64,000 bases of DNA from an uncultured Actinomycetota bacterium. GTDB lineage: Bacteria > Actinomycetota > Thermoleophilia > RBG-16-64-13. Below the pieces are notes generated by a model. That model was not told the DNA's origin. It worked only from the letters and a program-made list of their open reading frames with translations, and did no database searches. Below are positions 51,210 through 60,591 of the stretch, piece by piece. The position numbers were made by a program, and so were the translations under genes. Position 1 is the stretch's first letter. Each line of letters begins with the position of its first letter. Location: positions 75,223 through 139,222 of the forward strand of contig CAWBOK010000005.1 in the NCBI GenBank assembly GCA_963790415.1, in the 5' to 3' direction.

Positions 51210-53126
51210 CTACGCAGGCTGAGCGTAGACCAGCCGCGCCGCGGTCTCGGCGAGATCGTCCATCTGCCGCCGGACGGCCTTCTTGTCCGTCTTACCCCCG
51301 TGCCGCCGCGCGGTATCGCCCAACACGCGCAGCAACGTGTCCACATCGTCTTCGCTGTTCTCGATGCCCAGGCTCACGCGGACGACACCGGGCAGCTCCA
51401 TGCGTCGTAGCACTGTCAACATCACCCGCTGAATCTCCTGCGCCCAGGCCGGGATTCCGAGCATCCGTTTGACCGTCAGGTGCGCGCAATGACAACCGGC
51501 CCGCACGCCGATCCCTCCGCGCGCGGCCAGTTCTCGGGCCACCGTGTGGGAGACCATACCCTTCAGGCTGAAGGGGATGACGCCTCCCCTCAGAGTGAAC
51601 GCCGGCGAGTCGGGGTCGCTGATACCATAGGTCGTGAGGCCCGGAATCTGCTCCATGCCGCGCAGCGTCCGCTCGGTCAGGGTCCGTTCTCGCTCCTGGA
51701 TCACGTCAAAGCCCACCCGCTGCAGGAGCACGAGCGCCTTGCCCAGGGCGGCGATGCCCCCGACGTTCTCTTCCCCGGACGAGCGGATCAACTCTCGTTC
51801 AGCCGGGCTGAAGCCGAGAAATCCCTTCCTGGCCACCAGCACTCCGGTGCCGAACGGCGCATACGCCTTGTGGGCCGAGAAAGCGAGATAGTCGATTCCG
51901 GAGCGTTCCATCGAGACAGCGCGGTGCGCGACCAACTGAGCCGCATCAACCAGCAGGAGCGCTCCGTACCGGTGAACGACTTCGCTGATCTTGCCCAGAT
52001 CGTTGCAGGTGCCGAGCACGTTCGAAGCGCCGCTCACGGCCACGACTCTGACGCGCCGCCCTCCGTGCCGCTCACCCTCGTTGTACTCGCTCAGGAGCGC
52101 TTCCAGCTCGCTCAGATCTACGAAACCTTCGGCATCGATCGACACCCGGATCAGCGAAGAGTCGGGAATCGTGCGCCACGGCAGCTCGTTGGAGTTGTGC
52201 TCCAGCAGCGTGTTGATGACAACCAGTCCGGTGCCCCGGTCCAATTCGGTGCCCTGTGCGGCTTCGACGCTGAGGCTCTCGGCCACTAGATTGATGGCTT
52301 CCGTCGTGTTGGAGGTAAAGATCACGTCGTATTCCGCCAACGGCGCGTCCAGCACGTCGGCGCAGATCGTCCTGACCTCCTGAACGATCGCCTGCCGCAC
52401 GTGCGGGGGCTGGCGCCACGTATGGCGGACCGCATCCCATATCGGCTCGAACGTGGGCGTGCTGGCGGCGTTGTCCAGGTTGATGTAGGGCCGCGTGCCT
52501 TCCGCCGTGGGGACGCGAACGGCCGATCCGATCAGGGTCTGCCTGAGTGCATCCAGCAGTTCTCGACCGGAGTACTGGTCCAGTTCGTCGTGGAGCAGAA
52601 TATCGGTAGCTGACAGCATCTCGTCGGTCGTATCGCGGAAGACGTCGTCCCCGAATCGCTGCATCAGCCGCAGTGCCTTGGCAAACGTGATGATGTTGAT
52701 TATCGCGGGCGTGCCGGCCTCGAATCTATCCGGCGCAGCGGCCCAGATGACCCAACCGTTGGAGACGAGCCTCGCCGTCCCGCCACCGCACTGGAAGGGA
52801 ACAGCCCTGCGCAACGCCTTCTCGCGGACGGCTAGCGCCCTCACGCCCAGCGGGAGACCGACGTCCTGGCTCGACGCACTGCTGTAGCTCCCAGGTTCGA
52901 GTCGCGCTATCAGCTCCTCCGCCGCCCTGGGTGAGCAGAAGACGACCACGTGGGTGCCCTTGTCCATCTCCAAGTACTCGAGGACGATGTCCCTGGCCTG
53001 CTCGAACAGGTGCGTGGACACCACCGAGTTCTGTCCGCTGCCTCGGTGGACGTTGGAATAGGTCTCCAACGCCGTCTCCACTCCTCGCTCGAGCGCGGCG
53101 AACGCTTCCACTGCCTGTTCCCTCAT
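51210..53126 (-). CDS. Class V PLP aminotransferase / cysteine desulfurase-like protein with an extra partial N-terminal module (638 aa)
   Basis: YSNVHRG..AGTP module, then LDNAASTP, NTTEAINL, EHNSN, DAAQ, SAHK (PLP Lys) and GCHCAH. Confidence 0.88.
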   Translation of the reverse strand: MREQAVEAFAALERGVETALETYSNVHRGSGQNSVVSTHLFEQARDIVLEYLEMDKGTHVVVFCSPRAAEELIARLEPGSYSSASSQDVGLPLGVRALAVREKALRRAVPFQCGGGTARLVSNGWVIWAAAPDRFEAGTPAIINIITFAKALRLMQRFGDDVFRDTTDEMLSATDILLHDELDQYSGRELLDALRQTLIGSAVRVPTAEGTRPYINLDNAASTPTFEPIWDAVRHTWRQPPHVRQAIVQEVRTICADVLDAPLAEYDVIFTSNTTEAINLVAESLSVEAAQGTELDRGTGLVVINTLLEHNSNELPWRTIPDSSLIRVSIDAEGFVDLSELEALLSEYNEGERHGGRRVRVVAVSGASNVLGTCNDLGKISEVVHRYGALLLVDAAQLVAHRAVSMERSGIDYLAFSAHKAYAPFGTGVLVARKGFLGFSPAERELIRSSGEENVGGIAALGKALVLLQRVGFDVIQERERTLTERTLRGMEQIPGLTTYGISDPDSPAFTLRGGVIPFSLKGMVSHTVARELAARGGIGVRAGCHCAHLTVKRMLGIPAWAQEIQRVMLTVLRRMELPGVVRVSLGIENSEDDVDTLLRVLGDTARRHGGKTDKKAVRRQMDDLAETAARLVYAQPA

Positions 53127-53344
53127 GACTCCTCCGGATACTGGAACACCTCGTCGAGAGGCACGCCGAACACCTTCGCGATCTGGAACGCCATCTCCAG
53201 CGAAGGCGAGTAGCGCCCCTGTTCGATGGCGATGACGGTCTGCCGCGTCACGTGCAGCCGGCCGGCGATCTCGGCCTGCGTCATCTCGCCGTTGGCGAAC
53301 CGCAGCGCTCGGATCTTGTTGGTGACCCTCGTGGGCTTGCCCAT
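53123..53344 (-). CDS. XRE-family HTH regulator
   Basis: MTQAEIA..LHVTRQTVIAIEQGRYSPSLEMAFQIA. Confidence 0.92.
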   Translation of the reverse strand: MGKPTRVTNKIRALRFANGEMTQAEIAGRLHVTRQTVIAIEQGRYSPSLEMAFQIAKVFGVPLDEVFQYPEES

Positions 53345-53346
53345 GG

Positions 53347-53799
53347 CTAGAAGCCCCTGTGGTAAGCGACGAGCTTGACCGCAGATGAGACAAGTGAAGC
53401 GACCACGAACGACAGATACAGCGCGTTCGCTATCCAGAAGTATTCGAACTCCAGCATGGTGAGCGCAAGTACTCCCACCATTCCGGCGGAGAGAACGTAG
53501 TACCCGACGAGCTCGCCGCGCCGTTTGATGTGTACGTCCCGCTCGTCTTTGCGGTCGATCTCATCGACCGAACCGCTTCCCGTGACCTCCCCCGAGATGG
53601 CCGTGCCGATCGCGGCGAGTATCGTGCCTACGATCGTCACTGCGATCGCCGCTCCGATGGCGATGAGCATGGGCTTCTGATAAGCGATCTCGGAGACAGG
53701 AACATCTCCCACCCGACCCAGCACGGTCGCGAAATAGACCGCGGACACAGCGGCGGTGACCACCGCGAACACCCACGTCAGCTTTTCTTCGAATGGCAT
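53347..53799 (-). CDS. Membrane protein partnering the XRE regulator
   Basis: DERDVHIKRRG and FWIANALYL; 4 TM segments. Confidence 0.78.
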   Translation of the reverse strand: MPFEEKLTWVFAVVTAAVSAVYFATVLGRVGDVPVSEIAYQKPMLIAIGAAIAVTIVGTILAAIGTAISGEVTGSGSVDEIDRKDERDVHIKRRGELVGYYVLSAGMVGVLALTMLEFEYFWIANALYLSFVVASLVSSAVKLVAYHRGF

Positions 53800-53812
53800 C
53801 GTGGCCTCCTGA

Positions 53813-53878
53813 GATGTCAGGTATATTTGACATCTTCACTGTAAAGCACACCAGACATTCTGTCAAGTCTGTTTGACG
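53813..53878 (-). promoter_or_regulatory. Promoter TTGACA-N17-TACAGT with operator GATGTCA-N8-TGACATC
   Basis: -35 at 53861-53866, -10 at 53838-53843; palindrome at 53813-53834; second TGTCAA..TTGAC repeat at 53861-53878. Confidence 0.78.
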
Positions 53879-54573
53879 CCATCGTGATCGAGTCCTTCTG
53901 TCTTCGTCGCCACGACGAAGTACTCTGACGTGCTGGGGGCCAACTCCTCGATCTCGACAATGACCAAACCGGCGGCGTTCATGGACTCCTGCAACTCCGC
54001 GATGGTGCATCGCCACACATAGGGGATCAGTCCCAGCCTACTGGCCAAGCTCACGAGGAGCATCACACTTCTGACCCGCACTGTCCCCCTCTCCGCCGCG
54101 CAGGGCATCACCGAGATGAGACAACCTCCCGGCTTCAGCAGTTCGTCTATCCTTAGCAGAGCCTTCGGTGCGTCTTCCAGCAGGTGGAATATGTTGAAGG
54201 CAAGGACCACTTCGAATGACTCACGCTCGAGGCTTTCGTCGAAGATCGTGGCCTTCGTGAAAGACACATTGGCGACCTTGCCCGCTTCTGCCGCTTCTCG
54301 TGCGGCAGCGATCATCTTGGACGAGATATCGATACCGTGGATCGCCTTGACGGCAGGCGCAAGCTTCAGGTCTACGCTGCCTTTCGCACACCCGTAGTCA
54401 AGGATAGTATCCGTGGCTTTGAGGTACGGCCTGGTCTTGGCCAGGACCTTGGTGTCGGTCTGCCCGGACTCGTCGGTTGGTTCGTCCCAGACACGGGCGA
54501 GTCTATCCCAGAACTTCTCCGCCTTGCTCCTTCGTGGTTCCACGGCTAGTGCGTTTTCTCTGTATGACTCCAT
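53863..54573 (-). CDS. Class I SAM-dependent methyltransferase
   Basis: ILDYGCAKGS, GIDISSKMI, LLKPGG. Confidence 0.9.
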   Translation of the reverse strand: MESYRENALAVEPRRSKAEKFWDRLARVWDEPTDESGQTDTKVLAKTRPYLKATDTILDYGCAKGSVDLKLAPAVKAIHGIDISSKMIAAAREAAEAGKVANVSFTKATIFDESLERESFEVVLAFNIFHLLEDAPKALLRIDELLKPGGCLISVMPCAAERGTVRVRSVMLLVSLASRLGLIPYVWRCTIAELQESMNAAGLVIVEIEELAPSTSEYFVVATKTEGLDHDGVKQT

Positions 54574-54708
54574 CGTTTCTCGCCTCCACTGGCTGCCTTT
54601 CGTGCGGCTTCAGTGTCTCACTTCGTCAAAGCCGGTTGACCAGGCACATGGCGGGTTGCGAGATGGCCGACCGGGGGGGTCTTCGCCTGGCCGGATAGGC
54701 GGCCAATG

Positions 54709-55580
54709 CTAGTAGTTGCCGTCGATGAGCACGGCTGCCCGGCCGTGAGAGAAGGTATTGCCTTCCCAGAACCGCGGTTCCACCACGAATCGGCCGGTCT
54801 TGTCGATGTAACCGGTCTTCCCGTCCACCAGGACGAAGGCAAGGCCGTCCGAGAAGTCTCCCCCCATCGCGTTTCGCGCATTATGGTCCACGGCGAACCA
54901 CGGATCGACGATCGAGGTACCGGACGCGTCGATGTAGCCGTAGGTGTCGCCCACCACCGCGCGGGCGCGTCCCTCCGAGAAGGGGAAGGCCCGGTCGAAC
55001 CGGGGCGGGATGACGAGATTTCCCGCCGTGTCAATGTATCCCCACTTCCCTCCCGTGCGCACCGGCGCAAATCCGTCCGAGAAGCGCGAGGCCTCTTCGA
55101 ACCGAGGAGCGATGACCATCAGTCCGCTCGTGTCGACGAAGCCGACCTTGACGCCCACGCTCACCCCGGCCAACCCCTGGGGAGAAGTTCTGGGCGCTCT
55201 CGAAACGGGGCTCGATGACGAACACGCCCCTGGTATCGATGTACCCGTCGCCACCGCGCGCGCTTACGACAGCCAACCCGTCTGAGAAGTCGGTGAAGAA
55301 CTCGTATTGGGCCTTGATCACCAGCTTCCCGGTCGTGTCGATGTACCCAGCCTTGGTCCCGTCGCCTTCGGTAACGGCGGCACGGCCGTAGGAGAAGCTG
55401 GAGGCGGTGGCGTAGTGGGGAGTGATGACGAACGCCCCCGTGGCGTCGACGTACCCCCACCCCGCATCCGACGCTGCCGGGGCGAGACCGCCCACACCAC
55501 CGACGGCAGTCGCGGTTCCGCCGGCGGTCGGACCCACGCGGCCTTCCTGAGCCGACGGAGGCGGGAGCAGTCGGGCGATA
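54709..55580 (-). pseudogene. WG-repeat (KWG) protein, apparently truncated at both ends, frameshift near 55177
   Basis: Repeated WGYID.TG.FVI.P.F...FSEG units. Confidence 0.8.
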
Positions 55581-55585
55581 CCGCC

Positions 55586-55683
55586 GGGCCGTGTTCCGGC
55601 ATCAGCCTGAAGCGCGCCCCGATGTCTCCCTTGTCGAGAATACCCGAGCAGAGCGCGCTTTCTGCTGCATGCCGTCGCTAGAC
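55586..55683 (-). mobile_element. attC site with mutated R boxes (98 bp)
   Basis: R'' GTCTAGC overlaps the stop; L'' GGCATGCAGC pairs with L' GCTGATGCC with one extrahelical G; inner GCGCGC arms. Confidence 0.65.
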
Positions 55684-56421
55684 CATCGGGGAAGGCAGGA
55701 AGCTCTTCCCCTGCTCTAGAGCCTCAGCCTCTCGTTGCCGGATCTCTGCCGGCCGTGACGTCGTGCGCAGCAGGACGATCCCGAGCCCCACGAACCACAC
55801 GATCTGCAGCAACCCGAAGACGATACCCACGTCATTGAGTGCCGGCACGACGGAGAGGACGCCTGCCGCGCCGATGGCCACTCCGAGCCAGTTCAGCACC
55901 TGGGGCAGTCCCTGGGTGCGCAGCGCAGCCAGGCTCAGCAGCAGGACCCACAGACCGCCGAGAAGCTCACCGCCGGATCCACCGAGGCCTTGAGCCACAG
56001 GCTCGATCGCCTGCCAGGCAGCTACGGCCTCAGCCGGACTGGTGCCCTGGAGTCCGACGACCGCCGCCATGCCCGCGTTGAAGATCATCCCGCTCGCCAC
56101 GAGCACGATGGCCCAGATGAGTCCCACGGCGGTCGCCGCCTGCATCAAGGTCGGGGCTCCGTCTTTCAGGCGCGCATAGACCGCCAACGAAAGGACGGCC
56201 AAGGCGATGCCGAAGATGACGTATGTGATCAGGTACATGGCCTGCATGCTGTTGTGGTTACCCACGAGCAGGGCCACCTTCTCAACGGGATCCGTGACAC
56301 TCGGGTACTTTGCGAACACGAGGAAGTAGGGCATGGCCACTATGTAGGCCAGAGCCAGGTAGAGTGCGGCCAGGCCCCCCACCTTCTGCTGCCGCACAAT
56401 TCCACCGACGGACGAATTCAT
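55678..56421 (-). CDS. DUF4386 family membrane protein
   Basis: GGLAALYLALAY, GLIWAIVLVASGMI, GGSGGELLGGLWV, FGLLQIVWF. Confidence 0.78.
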   Translation of the reverse strand: MNSSVGGIVRQQKVGGLAALYLALAYIVAMPYFLVFAKYPSVTDPVEKVALLVGNHNSMQAMYLITYVIFGIALAVLSLAVYARLKDGAPTLMQAATAVGLIWAIVLVASGMIFNAGMAAVVGLQGTSPAEAVAAWQAIEPVAQGLGGSGGELLGGLWVLLLSLAALRTQGLPQVLNWLGVAIGAAGVLSVVPALNDVGIVFGLLQIVWFVGLGIVLLRTTSRPAEIRQREAEALEQGKSFLPSPMV

Positions 56422-56479
56422 TCGGGTCTCCTCTCTCGTCTGAGCATGGTGCGCTTCCGCCCAGACACGTTCGCTGTTA

Positions 56480-56523
56480 ACTTACTATGTAAGTATGATA
56501 TGCTTACGCTGTAAGTATGTCAA
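56480..56523 (-). promoter_or_regulatory. Promoter TTGACA-N17-TATCAT overlapped by two CTTAC-N3-GTAAG operators
   Basis: -35 at 56518-56523, -10 at 56495-56500; operators at 56481-56493 and 56503-56515. Confidence 0.82.
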
Positions 56524-56573
56524 GAGGTTTCGGCGCTACCGCGCGGCCACTGCGAGAGACCCCGAGGTGGAAG

Positions 56574-57248
56574 ATGCCTGAGCCGACACGACCCACGCCG
56601 AGTCCCGAGCCCCGAGTGCCGCTCACAAGGGATCGGGTGCTCGGTGCCGCCGTCCTGCTCGCCGACGAGGACGGCATCGAGTCACTCACAATGCGCGGGC
56701 TCGGGCTGAGACTCGGCGTGGAAGCGATGTCGCTGTACAACCACGTGGCGAACAAGGACGACATCCTCGACGGCATGGTCGATCTCGTGGTGAGTGAGAT
56801 CGACCTGCCGTCGGACACGGTCGACTGGAAAGAGGCCATGCGCCGGCGGGCGATATCGGCCCAGTCGGTCTTCTCCCGCCACCCGTGGGCGAGTGCTCTG
56901 ATCGATTCACGGATGAGCAGCGGACCTGCGAGGCTACGCTACTTTGACTGGATGTTTGGGACACTCCGGCGGGCCGGGTTCACACTCGAGATGGCCGCGC
57001 GTGCGTTCTCGGTCCTCGACAGCTACATCTACGGCTTCGGTCGACAGCAACTCAACATGTCTGCCGGGCGCGACATCAAGCCCGAGGAGATGGCGGAGGC
57101 CTTTCTCCATGCGCTACCCGCCGATGAGTACCCCTACCTCAGGGAGATGGTCGTCGAGTATGCGATGAACTCCGGCCACGATGAAGAAGCCGACTTCGAG
57201 TTCGGGCTCAACCTCATTCTTGATGGGCTTGAGAGGCTTCTGGATTGA
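56574..57248 (+). CDS. TetR/AcrR regulator with TetR_C domain
   Basis: LTRDRVLGAAVLLADEDGIESLTMR.LG..LGVEAMSLYNHV; FEFGLNLILDGL. Confidence 0.93.
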   Translation: MPEPTRPTPSPEPRVPLTRDRVLGAAVLLADEDGIESLTMRGLGLRLGVEAMSLYNHVANKDDILDGMVDLVVSEIDLPSDTVDWKEAMRRRAISAQSVFSRHPWASALIDSRMSSGPARLRYFDWMFGTLRRAGFTLEMAARAFSVLDSYIYGFGRQQLNMSAGRDIKPEEMAEAFLHALPADEYPYLREMVVEYAMNSGHDEEADFEFGLNLILDGLERLLD

Positions 57249-57249
57249 G

Positions 57250-57612
57250 TTACTCGGGCGATGGCGGCGCCGGCGAAAGGCGGACCTCGACCGGCCCACC
57301 GGTGACCCCGGCGATCTGAGACGCGATCTCGATCGCGCGGGCCTCGCCGGCCACGTCGACCACCCAGTAGCCGATGAGCGATGCCTCCGAAGCGGCGAAC
57401 GAACCGTCGGTCACAACGGGGGCGCCGCCTTCGATGGTGACGAGCTTCGCTGTGCTTCCGTCAGCGAGCCCGAGTTCGAAGACGAGCTCGCCGGACTCTC
57501 TGAGGTCCTTGTCGATCTGGAACATGAACGTCATCATCTTGTCGATCCACTCCGGCGACTTGGTCTCCGTCATGGAGGCCGCCTCGCCGAACATCATGAT
57601 CATGTACTTCAT
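57250..57612 (-). CDS. YciI/DGPF family protein
   Basis: MKYMIMM, VTDGSFA..E..LIGYWVVDV. Confidence 0.85.
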   Translation of the reverse strand: MKYMIMMFGEAASMTETKSPEWIDKMMTFMFQIDKDLRESGELVFELGLADGSTAKLVTIEGGAPVVTDGSFAASEASLIGYWVVDVAGEARAIEIASQIAGVTGGPVEVRLSPAPPSPE

Positions 57613-57668
57613 GTCGTCACTCCCCTTCCGGTGAACCCGACCGGCCTTGTCTCCGGGCGAGCCTCAGG

Positions 57669-58163
57669 TCAAATGCTCTGGGACCACGCGGCGATCGCCT
57701 GCTTCCTATCCGGCGGAAAGTCCTTCCACGCAGTATCGTGCAGCCACGAGAGCGACTTCGCCCTCAAAGCGTCCCGCATGAGTTCCTCCGCGTCCTCGAT
57801 GACAACCTTGATCAAACAAGGGCAGCTGCTCGAAAAGATACTAGGGTCTTCTACAAAGATGTTCTGCTGCCGCAGCTCCGCGCACCGGAAAAAGGGCGCC
57901 GGACCCTCGATCGCCTCGATGACGTCCCAAAAGGAGATCTCCTCTGGGGACTTCGCGAGCTCATATCCACCCCTCGCCCCTGGGACCGATCTGACGATTC
58001 CCGCCTTTCGCAACTTGGAGAACACCTTGGAGAGGTAGGTTTCCGCAATGCCGTTCAGCTTCGCGATGTCCCTGATGCCGATGGTCTGGTGGGGCGGGAG
58101 GTCGACCATGTAGAAGAGCGAGTGAAACGCGTACTCAACGCCGACGCCGAATTGCACTGACAC
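57669..58163 (-). CDS. Rrf2 family regulator
   Basis: VEYAFHSL, TYLSKVF..LRKAGIVRS.PG.RGGYEL, ISFWDVIEAIEG. Confidence 0.92.
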   Translation of the reverse strand: MSVQFGVGVEYAFHSLFYMVDLPPHQTIGIRDIAKLNGIAETYLSKVFSKLRKAGIVRSVPGARGGYELAKSPEEISFWDVIEAIEGPAPFFRCAELRQQNIFVEDPSIFSSSCPCLIKVVIEDAEELMRDALRAKSLSWLHDTAWKDFPPDRKQAIAAWSQSI

Positions 58164-58216
58164 GCCTCCTTCATAGACTTCGCCAACCCAGAATAGCCGA
58201 TTTCCCCAAACACCTC

Positions 58217-58245
58217 TTGACTTGGCCGCCGGCGCCGGGTAGTCT
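58217..58245 (+). promoter_or_regulatory. Promoter TTGACT-N17-TAGTCT
   Basis: Exact 17-bp spacer, upstream of the FMN-binding gene. Confidence 0.65.
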
Positions 58246-58298
58246 ACCCATTGTCGCTAACACGTATCCATAATAACCCAATTTGAGGGGGCGAAAGA

Positions 58299-58670
58299 AT
58301 GTTCACAGAGAAGTTCCTCGAGGTAATCGGCAAAGAGGGAGTCGTGTCCATCGTATCGTGGGACGACAGCGGCGCGCACGTGGTCAACACCTGGAACAGC
58401 TATCTGGTCACCAGGGGAGACGACAGACTGCTGATTCCCGCGCACGCCATGAGGAAGACCGAGAAGAAGACCCAGCAGAACAATAAGGTCTTGCTCACCG
58501 TCGGATCGAAGGAAGTCGAAGGGCACCGGGGCACCGGTGCCGGCTTCTTGCTCGAAGCCACCGCAGCGTTTATCGCCGACGGTCCAGACTTCGACATGAT
58601 GAAGGAGAAGTTCTCGTTCCTGACCCGGGTGCTCGAGGTGACTGTCAGTTCGTTGAAGCAGACGCTGTAG
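58299..58670 (+). CDS. Pyridoxamine 5'-phosphate oxidase-like FMN-binding protein
   Basis: EGVVSIVSW, HVVNTWNSY, GSKEVEG..G.GAGF, KQTL; divergent from Rrf2. Confidence 0.88.
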   Translation: MFTEKFLEVIGKEGVVSIVSWDDSGAHVVNTWNSYLVTRGDDRLLIPAHAMRKTEKKTQQNNKVLLTVGSKEVEGHRGTGAGFLLEATAAFIADGPDFDMMKEKFSFLTRVLEVTVSSLKQTL

Positions 58671-58757
58671 CAGGCGCACGCGCAGGACGGTACGCTATCG
58701 AGGATGCATCGGCGACCGAGCCGAGCGCTCACTCACGACAGGTTGAGTCACGTGTTC

Positions 58758-58786
58758 CAGGGCGCGCACCAAAGGTGCGCGCCCTG
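58758..58786. terminator. Perfect 13-bp GC stem, 3-nt loop, between convergent genes
   Basis: CAGGGCGCGCACC AAA GGTGCGCGCCCTG; no U-tract. Confidence 0.6.
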
Positions 58787-58929
58787 ACCGATGCGCCCGG
58801 AGCGATCCCAGCTGAGTGCGCAGTATGGGCGAGTCTGCCTCCGCCGACGGTGTAGACCTGATGCGCAACGTCACATATCGCCCAGAAACGCGTCCGCGGC
58901 GGCGAACACAGCGTCAGTATCACGACCCG

Positions 58930-58980
58930 CGCGCGCCGTAGACTACCTCACGGCCGCCAAGTCGATTCCCTTTCTTAGGC
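58930..58980 (-). mobile_element. Left part of an attC
   Basis: GCCTAAG AAAGGGAATCGACTTGGCGGC...GGTAGTCT, 17 bp after a stop; right end unclear. Confidence 0.5.
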
Positions 58981-58997
58981 GGCCCCGATTCAGGCGC

Positions 58998-59612
58998 TCA
59001 TTCCGAGTCCAATGCGAACGATCCCGTCACGATCTCACCCGCAGGCTCGTACGTACCGATCACGACGCCGGTCGTGGAGACGCTACTGTCGACGAGCCTC
59101 AGCGCGCCAGGGAAGGTGCCATCAGCGAACAAACGCTTCCCCAAGCCGATGACGAGAGGAAAGACCCACAGCCGGTACTGGTCGACGAGGCCATGGCGCA
59201 TGAGCGTCTGAATCAGATTCCCGCTGCCATGGACTTGCAGCTCGGGCCCGTCTTCCCGCTTGAGCGCCGCGACGCCTTCGGCGGCGTCTCCCTCGATCAG
59301 GATCGACTTGCTCCACTCGAGTGCGGGACGGCTTCTTGACGCGACGTACTTGGTGGCGTCGTTCAGTGGCTTGGCGCCCGCCTCCTCAGGGGCGTGCGGC
59401 CAATATGCGGCAAAGATGTCGTAGGTCTTGCGTCCAAGAACAAGATCGAACGGTTTACCCATGAACTCCTCCATGGCCTGACCCATGAGCTCGTCCCAGT
59501 AGTTCACGGACCAGCCGCCGAAGGCGAAACCGTCGTCGTCCTCTCCGGGTCCGCCCGGGGCCTGCATGACCCCGTCGAGGGTCAAGAAAGTGGTCACAAT
59601 CAGCTTCCTCAT
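58998..59612 (-). CDS. Dihydrofolate reductase / RibD-C family protein
   Basis: MRKLIVTTFLTLDGVMQAPGG, LGRKTYDIF, VHGSGNLIQTL. Confidence 0.92.
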   Translation of the reverse strand: MRKLIVTTFLTLDGVMQAPGGPGEDDDGFAFGGWSVNYWDELMGQAMEEFMGKPFDLVLGRKTYDIFAAYWPHAPEEAGAKPLNDATKYVASRSRPALEWSKSILIEGDAAEGVAALKREDGPELQVHGSGNLIQTLMRHGLVDQYRLWVFPLVIGLGKRLFADGTFPGALRLVDSSVSTTGVVIGTYEPAGEIVTGSFALDSE

Positions 59613-59659
59613 CTCTGTTGTCCTTTCAAGCCGGACACGGCGTGGCCGGCGCCCCCCAT

Positions 59660-59902
59660 CTATCGGAGGAGCGAGAGCACGTACCCGCCGATCGACACGA
59701 GCGCGATCGCGGCGACCACGATGACCACTGCCCACGACAGGCCTTTACCCAGGCCCATCGGTGTCCCCTCGGTCTGCCCACGTCCGGCGAGCCTTTCAAG
59801 AGGACGGTCTTCCTCCGGTGTGGGGTGAAAGGGCCGATCGTCGTACGGAAAAGACTGCTCGAGCTCCGGCTCGCTGAGCACTCGGTCGTCCTGGTCTTCC
59901 AC
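59660..59902 (-). CDS. 80-aa hypothetical protein with acidic N-terminus and C-terminal TM helix
   Basis: Purine-rich RBS and GTG start 20 bp after the attC R'. Confidence 0.6.
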   Translation of the reverse strand: MEDQDDRVLSEPELEQSFPYDDRPFHPTPEEDRPLERLAGRGQTEGTPMGLGKGLSWAVVIVVAAIALVSIGGYVLSLLR

Positions 59903-59922
59903 GTTCTCCCCCTTTCCTTCTC

Positions 59923-60005
59923 ACCGAACGCGTTGCGCATGAGCGGCGCTCACACGCGGGCATAAGGATACCGCTCGCGCCGTCCGTTCGAAGCGCTTGT
60001 CGGGC
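59923..60005 (-). mobile_element. attC site (83 bp)
   Basis: GCCCGAC AAGCGCTTCGAACGGACGGCGC...GCGCCGCTCATGCGCAACGC GTTCGGT; 1 bp after the stop. Confidence 0.75.
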
Positions 60006-60006
60006 C

Positions 60007-60468
60007 TCAAACCCAGCGGCGGACTCGCTTCGAGTAGTCGCGGTAGTCCTGGCCGAGCGAGACCGACAGGGTCAGCTCTTCCGGCCGTATCTGGAAGCGG
60101 GCGATATAGGCGACGAAGAGCGCCGACACCAGGGCGGCTGCCGGGCTCGCCAACGCCACCGCCCAGCCCAACAGTACGATCTCCATTCCGAGGTAGGTCG
60201 GGTTGCGACTGAGACGGTAGACCCCGGAAGTGACAAGTACCGTGGTGCGTCCGGGCTCGGTCGGGTGCCACGTCGTACCTGCGCGGTCCAGCGCGACGCG
60301 GGCTGCGACTATGAGGCCCGTGCCGATGGCCATCAGCATCAGCGCGAGCGGGCGGCGAAGCGATTCTGCGGCGCCGAATCCCGCGGTCACCCGTGAAGCA
60401 AGCCACATCAGGCCCGCAACCACCACCCAGACTACGTCGGGCGGAATCTTCAGCTCAAGACTCGACAT
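60007..60468 (-). CDS. Isoprenylcysteine carboxylmethyltransferase family protein
   Basis: LELKIPP, LVTSGVYRLSRNPTYLG, FQIRPEE, RVRRWV. Confidence 0.92.
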   Translation of the reverse strand: MSSLELKIPPDVVWVVVAGLMWLASRVTAGFGAAESLRRPLALMLMAIGTGLIVAARVALDRAGTTWHPTEPGRTTVLVTSGVYRLSRNPTYLGMEIVLLGWAVALASPAAALVSALFVAYIARFQIRPEELTLSVSLGQDYRDYSKRVRRWV

Positions 60469-60483
60469 CGGACTCCCCAGTAG

Positions 60484-60566
60484 GCCCAACGCGGCGCGCT
60501 GAGCAGACGCCCACGCGCTTTGAGTTCAGTCTACCTTCTGGCGTTCAAACGATGCGCTTGTCAGGC
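60484..60566 (-). mobile_element. attC site (83 bp)
   Basis: GCCTGAC AAGCGCATCG..GAACGCC...GGCGTCTGCTCAGCGCGCCGC GTTGGGC; next ATG 15 bp downstream. Confidence 0.78.
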
Positions 60567-60591
60567 TCGTCCGCCGAGCATCGTAGCCGGC

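Noticed and set aside
58863-58869. GTTGCGC as the R' of the 58980 attC
   Set aside because: It falls within a probable ABC-ATPase tail stub (ICDVAHQVYTVGGGRL), and no L' arm precedes it.
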